The position numbers and the translations under genes are program-made. Positions 1 to 7,052 of a stretch of DNA of 31,447 bases are shown here, piece by piece; within the stretch, counting starts at the first letter, position 1; every line of letters starts with the position of its first letter. The stretch comes from a virus (taxonomy: Duplodnaviria; Caudoviricetes). The notes below the pieces were generated by a model. That model was not told where the DNA came from. It saw only the letters and a list, made by a program, of their open reading frames with translations, and searched no databases. The stretch lies in IMG/VR virus record IMGVR_UViG_3300032233_000328, positions 1 through 31,447 of that record, one strand, 5' to 3'.

Positions 1-123
1 ATACCAAACAACCTACGCATTAAAAGATTCATCGTAGAAAGAAACGAAGACGCTATTGAAAATATCAAAGAGAAGGTAGAGTTAGCACGTGAGTATTACG
101 AACAATTAAAGAGTATAATATGA
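1..123. repeat. Terminal direct repeat (copy 1), identical to 31325-31447; indicates circular assembly
   Basis: The 123-nt string ATACCAAACAACC...GAGTATAATATGA occurs at both ends; it is the 3' end of the 30776 exonuclease gene. Confidence 0.97.
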
Positions 124-569
124 CACGAGAAGAAAAATGCAAGTACGCAAAAGAAAGCGGTTATAAGTACGATGTGAATACGGGTAAGATTTACGGAATA
201 AAAGGTAAGGAAATAACACGTAGGCACAAAGGATATATAGCTATTAATTTACGAGTAGGAGAAAAAAACGAAAACTTATTTGCTCATCAATACGCTTGGT
301 GGTTATGCTTTAATGAATTAGTTGAGGAGTTGGACCATATTAACGGAGTTCGTGATGACAATAGAATAATTAACCTTAGAAGCGTTACACGACAACAAAA
401 CCAATGGAATAGAAAAACTGCTAAAGGCTATTATTTTAATAAGCGTGAGGGCAAATTTAGAGCAAAAATATATTTAGATTGGAAAGAAATAAACTTAGGT
501 TATTTTGATACCGAACAAGAAGCAAAACAAGCATATATAAATGCAAAAGAAAAATATCATATAATTTAA
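120..569 (+). CDS. HNH homing endonuclease with C-terminal AP2 DNA-binding domain
   Basis: HNH motif LDHINGVRDDNRIINLRSVTRQQNQWN, followed by AP2-like FRAKI...INLGYFDTEQEAKQAY. Confidence 0.88.
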   Translation: MTREEKCKYAKESGYKYDVNTGKIYGIKGKEITRRHKGYIAINLRVGEKNENLFAHQYAWWLCFNELVEELDHINGVRDDNRIINLRSVTRQQNQWNRKTAKGYYFNKREGKFRAKIYLDWKEINLGYFDTEQEAKQAYINAKEKYHII

Positions 570-588
570 CAAATAAAAACAAAGTAAA

Positions 589-828
589 ATGCAGTACGAC
601 AACACGAACAAAGTTGTAATCTTTAAGAACAACAAAAAAGAGAAAGAAACACAGCCTGACTATACAGGAACTGTAAACGTAGAAGGTAAGGACTATTCTG
701 TTAGTCTATGGATCAAAGAAGGTAAATCAGGTAAATTCTTCGCTGGTAGCATTCAAGAACCATTTAAAAAGATGGAGAACTTTAGCGATAAGGTAAATAA
801 GAAAAATGACTCTGATCTTCCGTTTTAA
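589..828 (+). CDS. Small ssDNA-binding-like protein
   Basis: QPDYTG...VSLW...KFFAGSIQEP pattern of small phage SSB-like proteins; acidic DSDLPF C-terminus; lies just after the ERF/exonuclease genes across the circular junction. Confidence 0.6.
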   Translation: MQYDNTNKVVIFKNNKKEKETQPDYTGTVNVEGKDYSVSLWIKEGKSGKFFAGSIQEPFKKMENFSDKVNKKNDSDLPF

Positions 829-855
829 AACAAAAGTGAAATAGAATAGTTATAT
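829..855 (+). promoter_or_regulatory. AAC-N17-GTT motif (candidate phage ECF sigma promoter)
   Basis: AAC at 829-831, GTT at 849-851 (AGTTATAT); same spacing as five other sites. Confidence 0.5.
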
Positions 856-858
856 TTG
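851..858 (+). promoter_or_regulatory. Bacteroidota primary-sigma -7 element (TAnnTTTG)
   Basis: TATATTTG in an intergenic region just upstream of a structured leader; no clear -33 TTG. Confidence 0.7.
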
Positions 859-864
859 TGAAAT

Positions 865-957
865 AGTTCTCGTTCCACACTATAAGAACTTAAAGAAGTT
901 ATTGACCCTGTCAATGAAAGAGAAGTGGAACGCTCTGGATTTGGTAGGGTTTTTTAT
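865..957 (+). ncRNA. Structured leader RNA: two hairpins with complementary loops, ending in a terminator
   Basis: Stem AGTTCT 865-870/AGAACT 885-890 with loop CGTTCCAC (871-878); stem 905-914/941-950 plus T-tract, with inner stem AGAG/CTCT exposing GTGGAACG (925-932), the exact complement of the first loop. Confidence 0.7.
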
Positions 958-977
958 TTAAATAAATTATTTTTATT

Positions 978-1187
978 ATGAAGAACAAATTTTATTATGT
1001 AGAAAGCATTAATTTGTACATTAATCTTAATCTACTGCTTTCTTTTCAGCTAGTTGAAAGAACTTTTATGAATTTTGAAAAAGGCAAAATGGATAAACGG
1101 ATGGAATGCTGCTTATCTATTGGAACTAACGCTTTCTTTTGTGAAGAATTTCATTTTAATATACTTACAAATATCTTAACTAAATAA
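978..1187 (+). CDS. Hypothetical protein
   Basis: 69-aa ORF in the operon direction, ending 2 nt before the next ATG; AT-rich. Confidence 0.55.
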   Translation: MKNKFYYVESINLYINLNLLLSFQLVERTFMNFEKGKMDKRMECCLSIGTNAFFCEEFHFNILTNILTK

Positions 1188-1189
1188 TA

Positions 1190-1903
1190 ATGGCACGACC
1201 TATAAGAAAAAATGTAGATTATTTCCCACATTATTTAAGTGATGGTAAGAAAATGTATTTTATTGAACATAAATACGGAAATGATGGATATGCAGTTTGG
1301 TTTAAATTGCTTGAAAGTTTAGCAAGTACAAATGACCATTGGTTAAATTTAAATGACCGTTCTAATATAATGTTTATGAGTGCTAAATGTAAAGTATCAG
1401 AAGACTTATTGTTTAGCATATTAGACGATTTAAGCGATTTAGGAGAAATTAGTAAAGAACTATGGCAATCCAAAGTTATCTGGAGTGATAAGTTTATTGA
1501 ATCTATAGAAGATGCATATACACGTAGAAATAATAAATGTATTGATTTTGATAGTTTATGTAAACATTTACTCAGTTTAGGTATACATAAACCTAATAAA
1601 TGCAAACTTAAAAGTGACATTAATACACAAAGTAAAGTAAATGAAAGTAAAGTAAATGAAAGTATAGAGGAACGCAAATTAAAATTTGCTCAAACACTAA
1701 AGCCTTTTGTAGAAAAATATGGTAGGGAATTCCTAAATGATTTTTATTTATATTGGACTGAACCAACACAAGACAATAAACAACTTAACTTTGAACTTCA
1801 AAAAACTTGGAGTTTAGATAGAAGATTATCTACTTGGTTAAAACAAGCTAAAAAATTTGGAAATACTTTACCTAAAAACGAACAGAATAAATTTTGGTTA
1901 TGA
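1190..1903 (+). CDS. Putative replication initiator (DUF4373 / Lin1244-like N-terminus)
   Basis: N-terminal MARPIRKNVDYFPH...GYAVWFKLLE; low-complexity linker; C-terminal FYLYWTEP...TWSLDRRLSTW; immediately upstream of the helicase. Confidence 0.7.
   Translation: MARPIRKNVDYFPHYLSDGKKMYFIEHKYGNDGYAVWFKLLESLASTNDHWLNLNDRSNIMFMSAKCKVSEDLLFSILDDLSDLGEISKELWQSKVIWSDKFIESIEDAYTRRNNKCIDFDSLCKHLLSLGIHKPNKCKLKSDINTQSKVNESKVNESIEERKLKFAQTLKPFVEKYGREFLNDFYLYWTEPTQDNKQLNFELQKTWSLDRRLSTWLKQAKKFGNTLPKNEQNKFWL
1629..1664. repeat. 15-bp tandem repeat (AAAGTAAAGTAAATG x2.4) inside the initiator gene
   Basis: Copies at 1629-1643 and 1644-1658, partial at 1659-1664; encodes SKVNESKVNES. Confidence 0.85.
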
Positions 1904-2889
1904 ATGGATTTAAAATAACGGAGCCAAGCGACGTTCTTAAACAACTAAAGAAGCATAGAGACAATTACCACGATAGGGGTGTTTATTTAGGCTTTGAGCA
2001 AATAGACAAATATTATTCTATGCAGCTTGGTGGTTGTACAGACTGGACAGGATTCCCAATGAGTGGTAAAACACAAGTGCTTATGGAGTTACTTATGAAC
2101 ACTTCCGTCTTTTATGGGTGGAAGCATTTAATATGCTTTCCTGATGTAGGTAATAACGTAGAAATTATAGCAGACTTTATACATAAAAAGACGAATAAAA
2201 CTTTTGATCCAAAGAAGCCAAATACTATAACTGATTCTGATATTGAAAGAGAAATAGAATGGGTGACAAAACATTTCAAAGTTCTGACTAAAGTAGATGT
2301 AAAAGCTAAACTAACACCTATGCAATTTTGGGATATAGCTGCTGAAATCAAATCTAACGGAGAACTACATACGGCAAGTATAGATAGTTGGAAGGATATG
2401 AGCCATCCTTACGATGAGTATGGTGGTTATGCAACTTATTTAGAGTATTGTTTGCCATATAGGAACCATATAGCAGAACAATATAATTTACATTTACACA
2501 CAATTATTCATCCTAAGCTAACAGAGAAGGTTAATGGAACAAGACAGCCACCATCTCCATATGATTTAAAGGGTGGTTCGGAATGGTTTAATTCAGGTAA
2601 ATCAATGATTACTGTACATAGACCTGATGTAATGCACAATATGGCTGAGATTTATTTTAATAAGATTAAACCAAGAAGTGTAGGTGATATTGGTAAAGCT
2701 GAATTACATTTTGATATTAATTCTCTTACGTATTACGATATAGATGTAGTTGCGCCAAATGATCACAGACAAATTTACGCAGCACCTAAAGGCGAGATAA
2801 AGACGAAAAATGTATTGCCAAATGAAATGCAAGAATTTTACAAGCCTTTGGAACAGAATACTAACTTTGACGATAAATTACCTTTCTGA
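1900..2889 (+). CDS. SF4 (DnaB / T7 gp4 / Twinkle-like) replicative helicase
   Basis: Walker A GFPMSGKT, Walker B-like SIDSW, IIHPK, YDLKGGSEWFN and VHR motifs; start taken at the ATGA overlap (1900), alternative 1894. Confidence 0.82.
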   Translation: MNGFKITEPSDVLKQLKKHRDNYHDRGVYLGFEQIDKYYSMQLGGCTDWTGFPMSGKTQVLMELLMNTSVFYGWKHLICFPDVGNNVEIIADFIHKKTNKTFDPKKPNTITDSDIEREIEWVTKHFKVLTKVDVKAKLTPMQFWDIAAEIKSNGELHTASIDSWKDMSHPYDEYGGYATYLEYCLPYRNHIAEQYNLHLHTIIHPKLTEKVNGTRQPPSPYDLKGGSEWFNSGKSMITVHRPDVMHNMAEIYFNKIKPRSVGDIGKAELHFDINSLTYYDIDVVAPNDHRQIYAAPKGEIKTKNVLPNEMQEFYKPLEQNTNFDDKLPF

Positions 2890-3146
2890 TGGACTTAGTA
2901 AAATTAAACTTAGCATACTTAAATCTTAGCTTAACTGCTAATAAGATACTCTTTAGGTCTAAATACGAACCTAAAAAGAAAGCAGAACTGGATAAGCAAG
3001 TAGCAGACTTAGATCAAGTGCGTGAAGTGCTGACTATTTTAGAAGCGAGTAACCGTGTTTTAGAACGAAAGCTACTTGAACTACACGAAGATAACCTTAG
3101 ATTAACACGAATGAATGATGATTTAAAACTAATAATAGACCTATGA
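2889..3146 (+). CDS. Hypothetical coiled-coil protein
   Basis: Leu-rich heptad pattern; overlaps neighbouring genes at both ends. Confidence 0.65.
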   Translation: MDLVKLNLAYLNLSLTANKILFRSKYEPKKKAELDKQVADLDQVREVLTILEASNRVLERKLLELHEDNLRLTRMNDDLKLIIDL

Positions 3147-3814
3147 AAATACTTGAATTACACGCAGGATCTAGAAGCATAGGAAGAGCAGCTGAAAAAT
3201 TAGGTCACGAAGTTTTTAGCGTAGATTGGCAACCATTTGAAGGAATAGACCTTGTAATGGACATTGAAGAACTTAGGATGCACCATTTGCCGTGGATACC
3301 CGATATGATATGGACGGCTCCCGATTGTACAACGTACTCTATTGCGGCTATTTCTCACCATAGAGATGGAACAAGACCTAAAAGCGACTACGCTAAAAAG
3401 TGTGATGCTGTAAATCTAAATGTATTGTTTTTGATAAGGGCTTGTTTGGAGAAAAATTCTAATCTAAAATGGTACATTGAGAATCCGAGAGGTATGATGA
3501 GGAAGATGCCGTGGATGATAGGACTACCTAAAGCCTGTATATGGTATTGCCGTTATGGGGATTCTCGTGCCAAACCTACAGATATATGGTCAAATAATAT
3601 TTTTAGCCTTATTGAACCTAATGCAACTTGGATTCCTCGTCATCAATGCCATAACGACAACCCTAATTGTCATCACGAAAAAGCACCGAGAGGAAGTAAA
3701 ACAGGAACACAAGGATTAAAAGGATCATATGAACGTAGTCAATATCCTGAAGAATTGTGTATTGAAATAATTAACGCAACAGAAAAATCTTTGTTAAATA
3801 AAGTAATATTATGA
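3143..3814 (+). CDS. C5-cytosine DNA methyltransferase-like protein
   Basis: Motif I-like ILELHAGSRSIG, catalytic-type APDCT, motif VI YIENP; compact phage type. Confidence 0.78.
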   Translation: MKILELHAGSRSIGRAAEKLGHEVFSVDWQPFEGIDLVMDIEELRMHHLPWIPDMIWTAPDCTTYSIAAISHHRDGTRPKSDYAKKCDAVNLNVLFLIRACLEKNSNLKWYIENPRGMMRKMPWMIGLPKACIWYCRYGDSRAKPTDIWSNNIFSLIEPNATWIPRHQCHNDNPNCHHEKAPRGSKTGTQGLKGSYERSQYPEELCIEIINATEKSLLNKVIL

Positions 3815-4182
3815 ACGAAGAGCAGTTATTAGAATTTTTAAACCTAAACTACATAGATGACTTACAAAAAAGCGAAGACATCTACTGCGAGTATGACTGC
3901 TATAGTAAAAGGTTTAATATGGTAGTAGAGTTAAAATGCCGTAATACACATTACGATGAATTAATGTTAGAGAAGTACAAGTACGACAAGCTAAACAAAC
4001 ACGAAAGACCTTACTACATAAACTCTACTCCTAAAGGAATCTATATATTCAATGTAAAAAATATAGCTCCTAAATGGGTAACTAATCAGATGCCTAAACA
4101 AACTGAGTTTGAAAACACGGAGAAGATAGATAAAACTTATTGCCTACTAAACATAAAAGAAGCCATATGCATAAAGTATTAA
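3811..4182 (+). CDS. Putative PD-(D/E)xK nuclease
   Basis: YDC...VVELKCR...YDELMLEKYKY fits the restriction-endonuclease-like active-site pattern. Confidence 0.6.
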   Translation: MNEEQLLEFLNLNYIDDLQKSEDIYCEYDCYSKRFNMVVELKCRNTHYDELMLEKYKYDKLNKHERPYYINSTPKGIYIFNVKNIAPKWVTNQMPKQTEFENTEKIDKTYCLLNIKEAICIKY

Positions 4183-4721
4183 AGCCTAAAAAATGCCGTG
4201 TATGTAAATCTGAGTTTACTCCTACGTACGCGACCACACAGAGCGTTTGTTCTGTTAAATGTGCGGTGGTTAATACGGAAGTTAAAAAGTCTCAAGAATG
4301 GGCAAAGAAAAAAAAAGTGCTTAAAGACGAACTAACCACCGTTCAGGATTTAATGAAGGTAGCCCAGCAAGTGTTTAATAAATATATTCGTTTAAGAGAT
4401 CAGGGTAAGAATTGTATTAGCTGCGGACAGAAACCAAAGAAAGAGAACGCAGGACATTTCTACAGCGCGGGAACGCATACATCTGTAAGGTTTGACGAAC
4501 GAAATGTACATCTTCAATGTGAACATTGTAATACATTCCTTTCGGGCAATTTACTTAATTACCGTGAAAATCTCTTAAATAAGTTAGGATTTGAGGAATT
4601 TGAGTTATTAAGTGTTGAAGCTACGAAAACACGAAAGTACACACGAGAAGAATTAAAAGAGGTTATTAGTATATACAAACAAAAGATAAAAGATGTATCT
4701 AATAGCCCTAATAACAGTTGA
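4167..4721 (+). CDS. ninG: NinG/Rap-like recombination endonuclease
   Basis: CxxC...CSVKC N-terminus; AQQVFNKYIRLRD, CISCG, AGHF, RFDERNVHLQCEHCN, SGNLLNYR; ATG at 4167 preferred to TTG at 4140. Confidence 0.88.
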   Translation: MHKVLKPKKCRVCKSEFTPTYATTQSVCSVKCAVVNTEVKKSQEWAKKKKVLKDELTTVQDLMKVAQQVFNKYIRLRDQGKNCISCGQKPKKENAGHFYSAGTHTSVRFDERNVHLQCEHCNTFLSGNLLNYRENLLNKLGFEEFELLSVEATKTRKYTREELKEVISIYKQKIKDVSNSPNNS

Positions 4722-4842
4722 AGGAATAATAACACAAAGAAATAAATACAAATGCATAGGCGAAACAGAAAACTACTACGTAATAAAAAACGATGTTAAC
4801 AAGCACGAGTGTATAAGAAAGCACTTTTTTATTAAAGAATAA
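4693..4842 (+). CDS. Small hypothetical protein (49 aa; not in ORF track)
   Basis: ATG 4693 reads MYLIALITVEG...KHFFIKE to TAA 4842, filling the gap before the promoter. Confidence 0.5.
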   Translation: MYLIALITVEGIITQRNKYKCIGETENYYVIKNDVNKHECIRKHFFIKE

Positions 4843-4845
4843 TTT

Positions 4846-4853
4846 TATATTTG
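4846..4853 (+). promoter_or_regulatory. Bacteroidota -7 promoter element
   Basis: TATATTTG 15 nt upstream of ATG 4869, followed by the leader AAAAAAACACACT. Confidence 0.7.
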
Positions 4854-4868
4854 ACAAAAAAACACACT

Positions 4869-5177
4869 ATGAAAGATTACGACAGCTTTAGAATTTATGA
4901 CTTTACTGGATTCGAAAAAGAATTTGGTTTTAGTATGAAGGTAGATGGCAAATGGCAGGAATTTACTTGTACGGCAGACTACCACGTTAAGTATGATTCT
5001 CCTGAAGATAACTTTACAATGATCTTAGATAAAGCTAACGTACAAATGTACGATGCTACAAAAGAAGATTACGTAAGCTACAGTCTAACAAAAGACGAAT
5101 TAACTACTCTTCAAAGCTGGATGCACGATGCTACCCATTGGGATGAGTACTACGAGTATATGAACCTACATCAATAA
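4869..5177 (+). CDS. Hypothetical acidic protein (early-type gene)
   Basis: ORF track starts at TTG 4851, which lies inside the promoter; ATG 4869 follows the shared ACACT-ATG leader. Confidence 0.7.
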   Translation: MKDYDSFRIYDFTGFEKEFGFSMKVDGKWQEFTCTADYHVKYDSPEDNFTMILDKANVQMYDATKEDYVSYSLTKDELTTLQSWMHDATHWDEYYEYMNLHQ

Positions 5178-5180
5178 GCT

Positions 5181-5351
5181 ATGTATTTGTACTTTTTAAT
5201 AGTGACATACTTGTGCTTGGTATTTTCATATCTTGCATATAAGACAGAAAACTTTACCTTTGCATACATCCTGTTAGTTTTAGCAGGTTTAAATTTGATT
5301 GGTTTAACAATACTTTGGATAGATGGCGGTGACTATAACGTTTTCAGATGA
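5181..5351 (+). CDS. Small membrane protein with two predicted TM segments (56 aa; not in ORF track)
   Basis: MYLYFLIVTYLCLVFSYLAYKTENFTFAYILLVLAGLNLIGLTILWIDGGDYNVFR; starts 3 nt after the previous stop. Confidence 0.6.
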   Translation: MYLYFLIVTYLCLVFSYLAYKTENFTFAYILLVLAGLNLIGLTILWIDGGDYNVFR

Positions 5352-5544
5352 CGATCACAAAGAAGCTATAAAGGCTTTAAAGGTGAATGATTTTATCCAT
5401 TGTATGTGGGAGTTAGATCAATGGCTAAGAGCAGAATGTAAATATAACGAGAAAAGGGAAGAGAAAGAGATAGATGCGTTATACGAAGCAAGGGAGAAGC
5501 TAAACGATTTGCTACACGAAAACGGACTAAATCTTTATGAATAA
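5323..5544 (+). CDS. Hypothetical protein
   Basis: 73-aa ORF with a WELDQWLR...KY pattern seen in small phage proteins. Confidence 0.7.
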   Translation: MAVTITFSDDDHKEAIKALKVNDFIHCMWELDQWLRAECKYNEKREEKEIDALYEAREKLNDLLHENGLNLYE

Positions 5545-5677
5545 GCAACAATACCTTACCAAGCTACGTCAATATAGAGCGCATCGTAGGTCTAAAGACT
5601 GGGTGCGCTTTTGGTTTTTTAGTTCAGACGTTACTTGCCCTAACTTTCAGTTTGTAAGGTTAAACCCTGAAGAATGA
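5537..5677 (+). CDS. Small hypothetical protein (46 aa; not in ORF track)
   Basis: MNKQQYLTKLRQYRAHRRSKDWVRFWFF...NPEE; overlaps the previous gene end. Confidence 0.45.
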   Translation: MNKQQYLTKLRQYRAHRRSKDWVRFWFFSSDVTCPNFQFVRLNPEE

Positions 5678-5713
5678 AAAAACTTTTTAAGGCTATAGAA
5701 TTAATCTACGTGT

Positions 5714-6274
5714 ATGTTGTTAGCAGAATCTACAGAAACATCGACTGAATGGCTTAATAAGGTCGCTAAACATCACAAGTTTTTTGTAGGTGTGGTAGAG
5801 GGCTTCGGAGAGAAGTTCTACGCTGAGGACATCGTACAAGAAATGTATTTGAGATTATACAAGTACACTACGTGGGATAAGATAGTAAAAGACGGAGAAG
5901 TTAATAAAGGCTTTGTATGGTTTGTGCTAAGAAACATTTATGTAGATTTCTGTAAGCAAAAGAGTAGAATAGAGAAGTGTGATCTAAACGAAGCTATCTA
6001 TGTTTTTGATGACTCGGTAGATAAACACGAAACACACGCTAAAAACTCTATAGACTACAAAGTAACCGAAGAGATAAAGAGATGGCATTGGTACGATAAG
6101 ATGTTATTTGAACTATACAGAGATTCAGGAATGAGTATGCGTGAATTAGAAGCAGAAACCAAGATAAGTCTTACATCTATATTCCATACTATAAAGCATT
6201 GTAAGCAGCAATTACGAGAAGCAATAGGAGAAGATTATCAGGATTACATTAACGGCGATTATGAGTTACTATAA
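5714..6274 (+). CDS. ECF-type sigma factor (probable late-gene sigma)
   Basis: Region 2 AEDIVQEMYLRL...FVWFVLRNIYVDF; region 4 HTH GMSMRELEAETKISLTSIFHTIKH; 186 aa. Confidence 0.85.
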   Translation: MLLAESTETSTEWLNKVAKHHKFFVGVVEGFGEKFYAEDIVQEMYLRLYKYTTWDKIVKDGEVNKGFVWFVLRNIYVDFCKQKSRIEKCDLNEAIYVFDDSVDKHETHAKNSIDYKVTEEIKRWHWYDKMLFELYRDSGMSMRELEAETKISLTSIFHTIKHCKQQLREAIGEDYQDYINGDYELL

Positions 6275-6443
6275 TATGGATAATGAATACTACAGTAAAG
6301 AGGAAGCCCGTGAGTTAATAGCTTATTTAAGGCGAGAGATAGATAATATGCTACGTGAACACAATCAGTTATTAGATAAACACGAAGCGTTACAGGAAGA
6401 GTTTAACCAGTTAAAAGAAAGATATATTAATTTAGCACGATGA
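6261..6443 (+). CDS. Hypothetical coiled-coil protein
   Basis: Heptad-rich 60-aa ORF; start may be ATG 6276. Confidence 0.6.
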   Translation: MSYYNMDNEYYSKEEARELIAYLRREIDNMLREHNQLLDKHEALQEEFNQLKERYINLAR

Positions 6444-6616
6444 AAACGATACGAGCGTATTTAGAAAATCAAAAGGAGTTAGCATATGTCGCATTTGCTC
6501 AGAGTATGCAAGGCGAAGGTGTTAACTTATTGAATGGGAAACACTATTTAGAAAGAATAGTACACTTAGAGTTATTAATTAAAGAGTTAGGAAATGGAAA
6601 AGAAAAGAAGGGGTAG
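6440..6616 (+). CDS. Small hypothetical protein (58 aa; not in ORF track)
   Basis: ATGA overlap with the previous stop; MKTIRAYLENQKEL...KEKKG. Confidence 0.55.
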   Translation: MKTIRAYLENQKELAYVAFAQSMQGEGVNLLNGKHYLERIVHLELLIKELGNGKEKKG

Positions 6617-7052
6617 ACAGCCTAAAGTAGTTCAAGAAGTCGTAGAAATAGTAAAAGACGATGTACAAGAATTAGTAAACGACATCAAAGAAGATGTTTC
6701 AAAGGGTTTAGGAGATACTTTAGAGAAAGTATTTAAGAAGACTGGAATAGACAAAGTAGCCAAGTGGATTGCTGGAGAGGATTGCGGATGTGATAAGCGT
6801 AAGGAGAAGCTAAATAAAATGTTTCCTTATAGAAAGATTAACTGCCTAACGGAAGACGAACACGGAATACTTGAAACATTCTTTAGTAGAAACACGGCAG
6901 AGATAAGCCCAAGTGATCAACACGCACTACTAAAAGTGTACAATAGAGTTTTAAATGTAAAGCAGGAGCCTACAAGCTGTTCTTCTTGCTGGAGAGATAT
7001 AGTAATGCAGTTACGTAAAATATATAAAGAGTACGAAGATGCCAATTCCTAA
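6594..7052 (+). CDS. Hypothetical Cys-containing phage protein
   Basis: GLGDT...DCGCDKRKEKLN and C-terminal CSSC motifs; possible metal binding. Confidence 0.7.
   Translation: MEKKRRGRQPKVVQEVVEIVKDDVQELVNDIKEDVSKGLGDTLEKVFKKTGIDKVAKWIAGEDCGCDKRKEKLNKMFPYRKINCLTEDEHGILETFFSRNTAEISPSDQHALLKVYNRVLNVKQEPTSCSSCWRDIVMQLRKIYKEYEDANS

Noticed and set aside
1-123. Biological direct terminal repeat (T7-like)
   Set aside because: It falls inside a coding sequence and has a length typical of assembler overlaps; treated as a circularisation artefact pending read data.
5576-5620. Hairpin AGAGCGCATC...GGTGCGCTTT followed by T-rich sequence upstream of the sigma gene
   Set aside because: It could be a terminator or attenuator for sigma expression, but it lies within a plausible 46-aa ORF, has a large interrupted loop and a broken U-tract; support is insufficient.
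6551-6577. AGTTATTA resembling the late-promoter -10 upstream of 6594
   Set aside because: No AAC at the required spacing (GAA instead), and it is inside an ORF.
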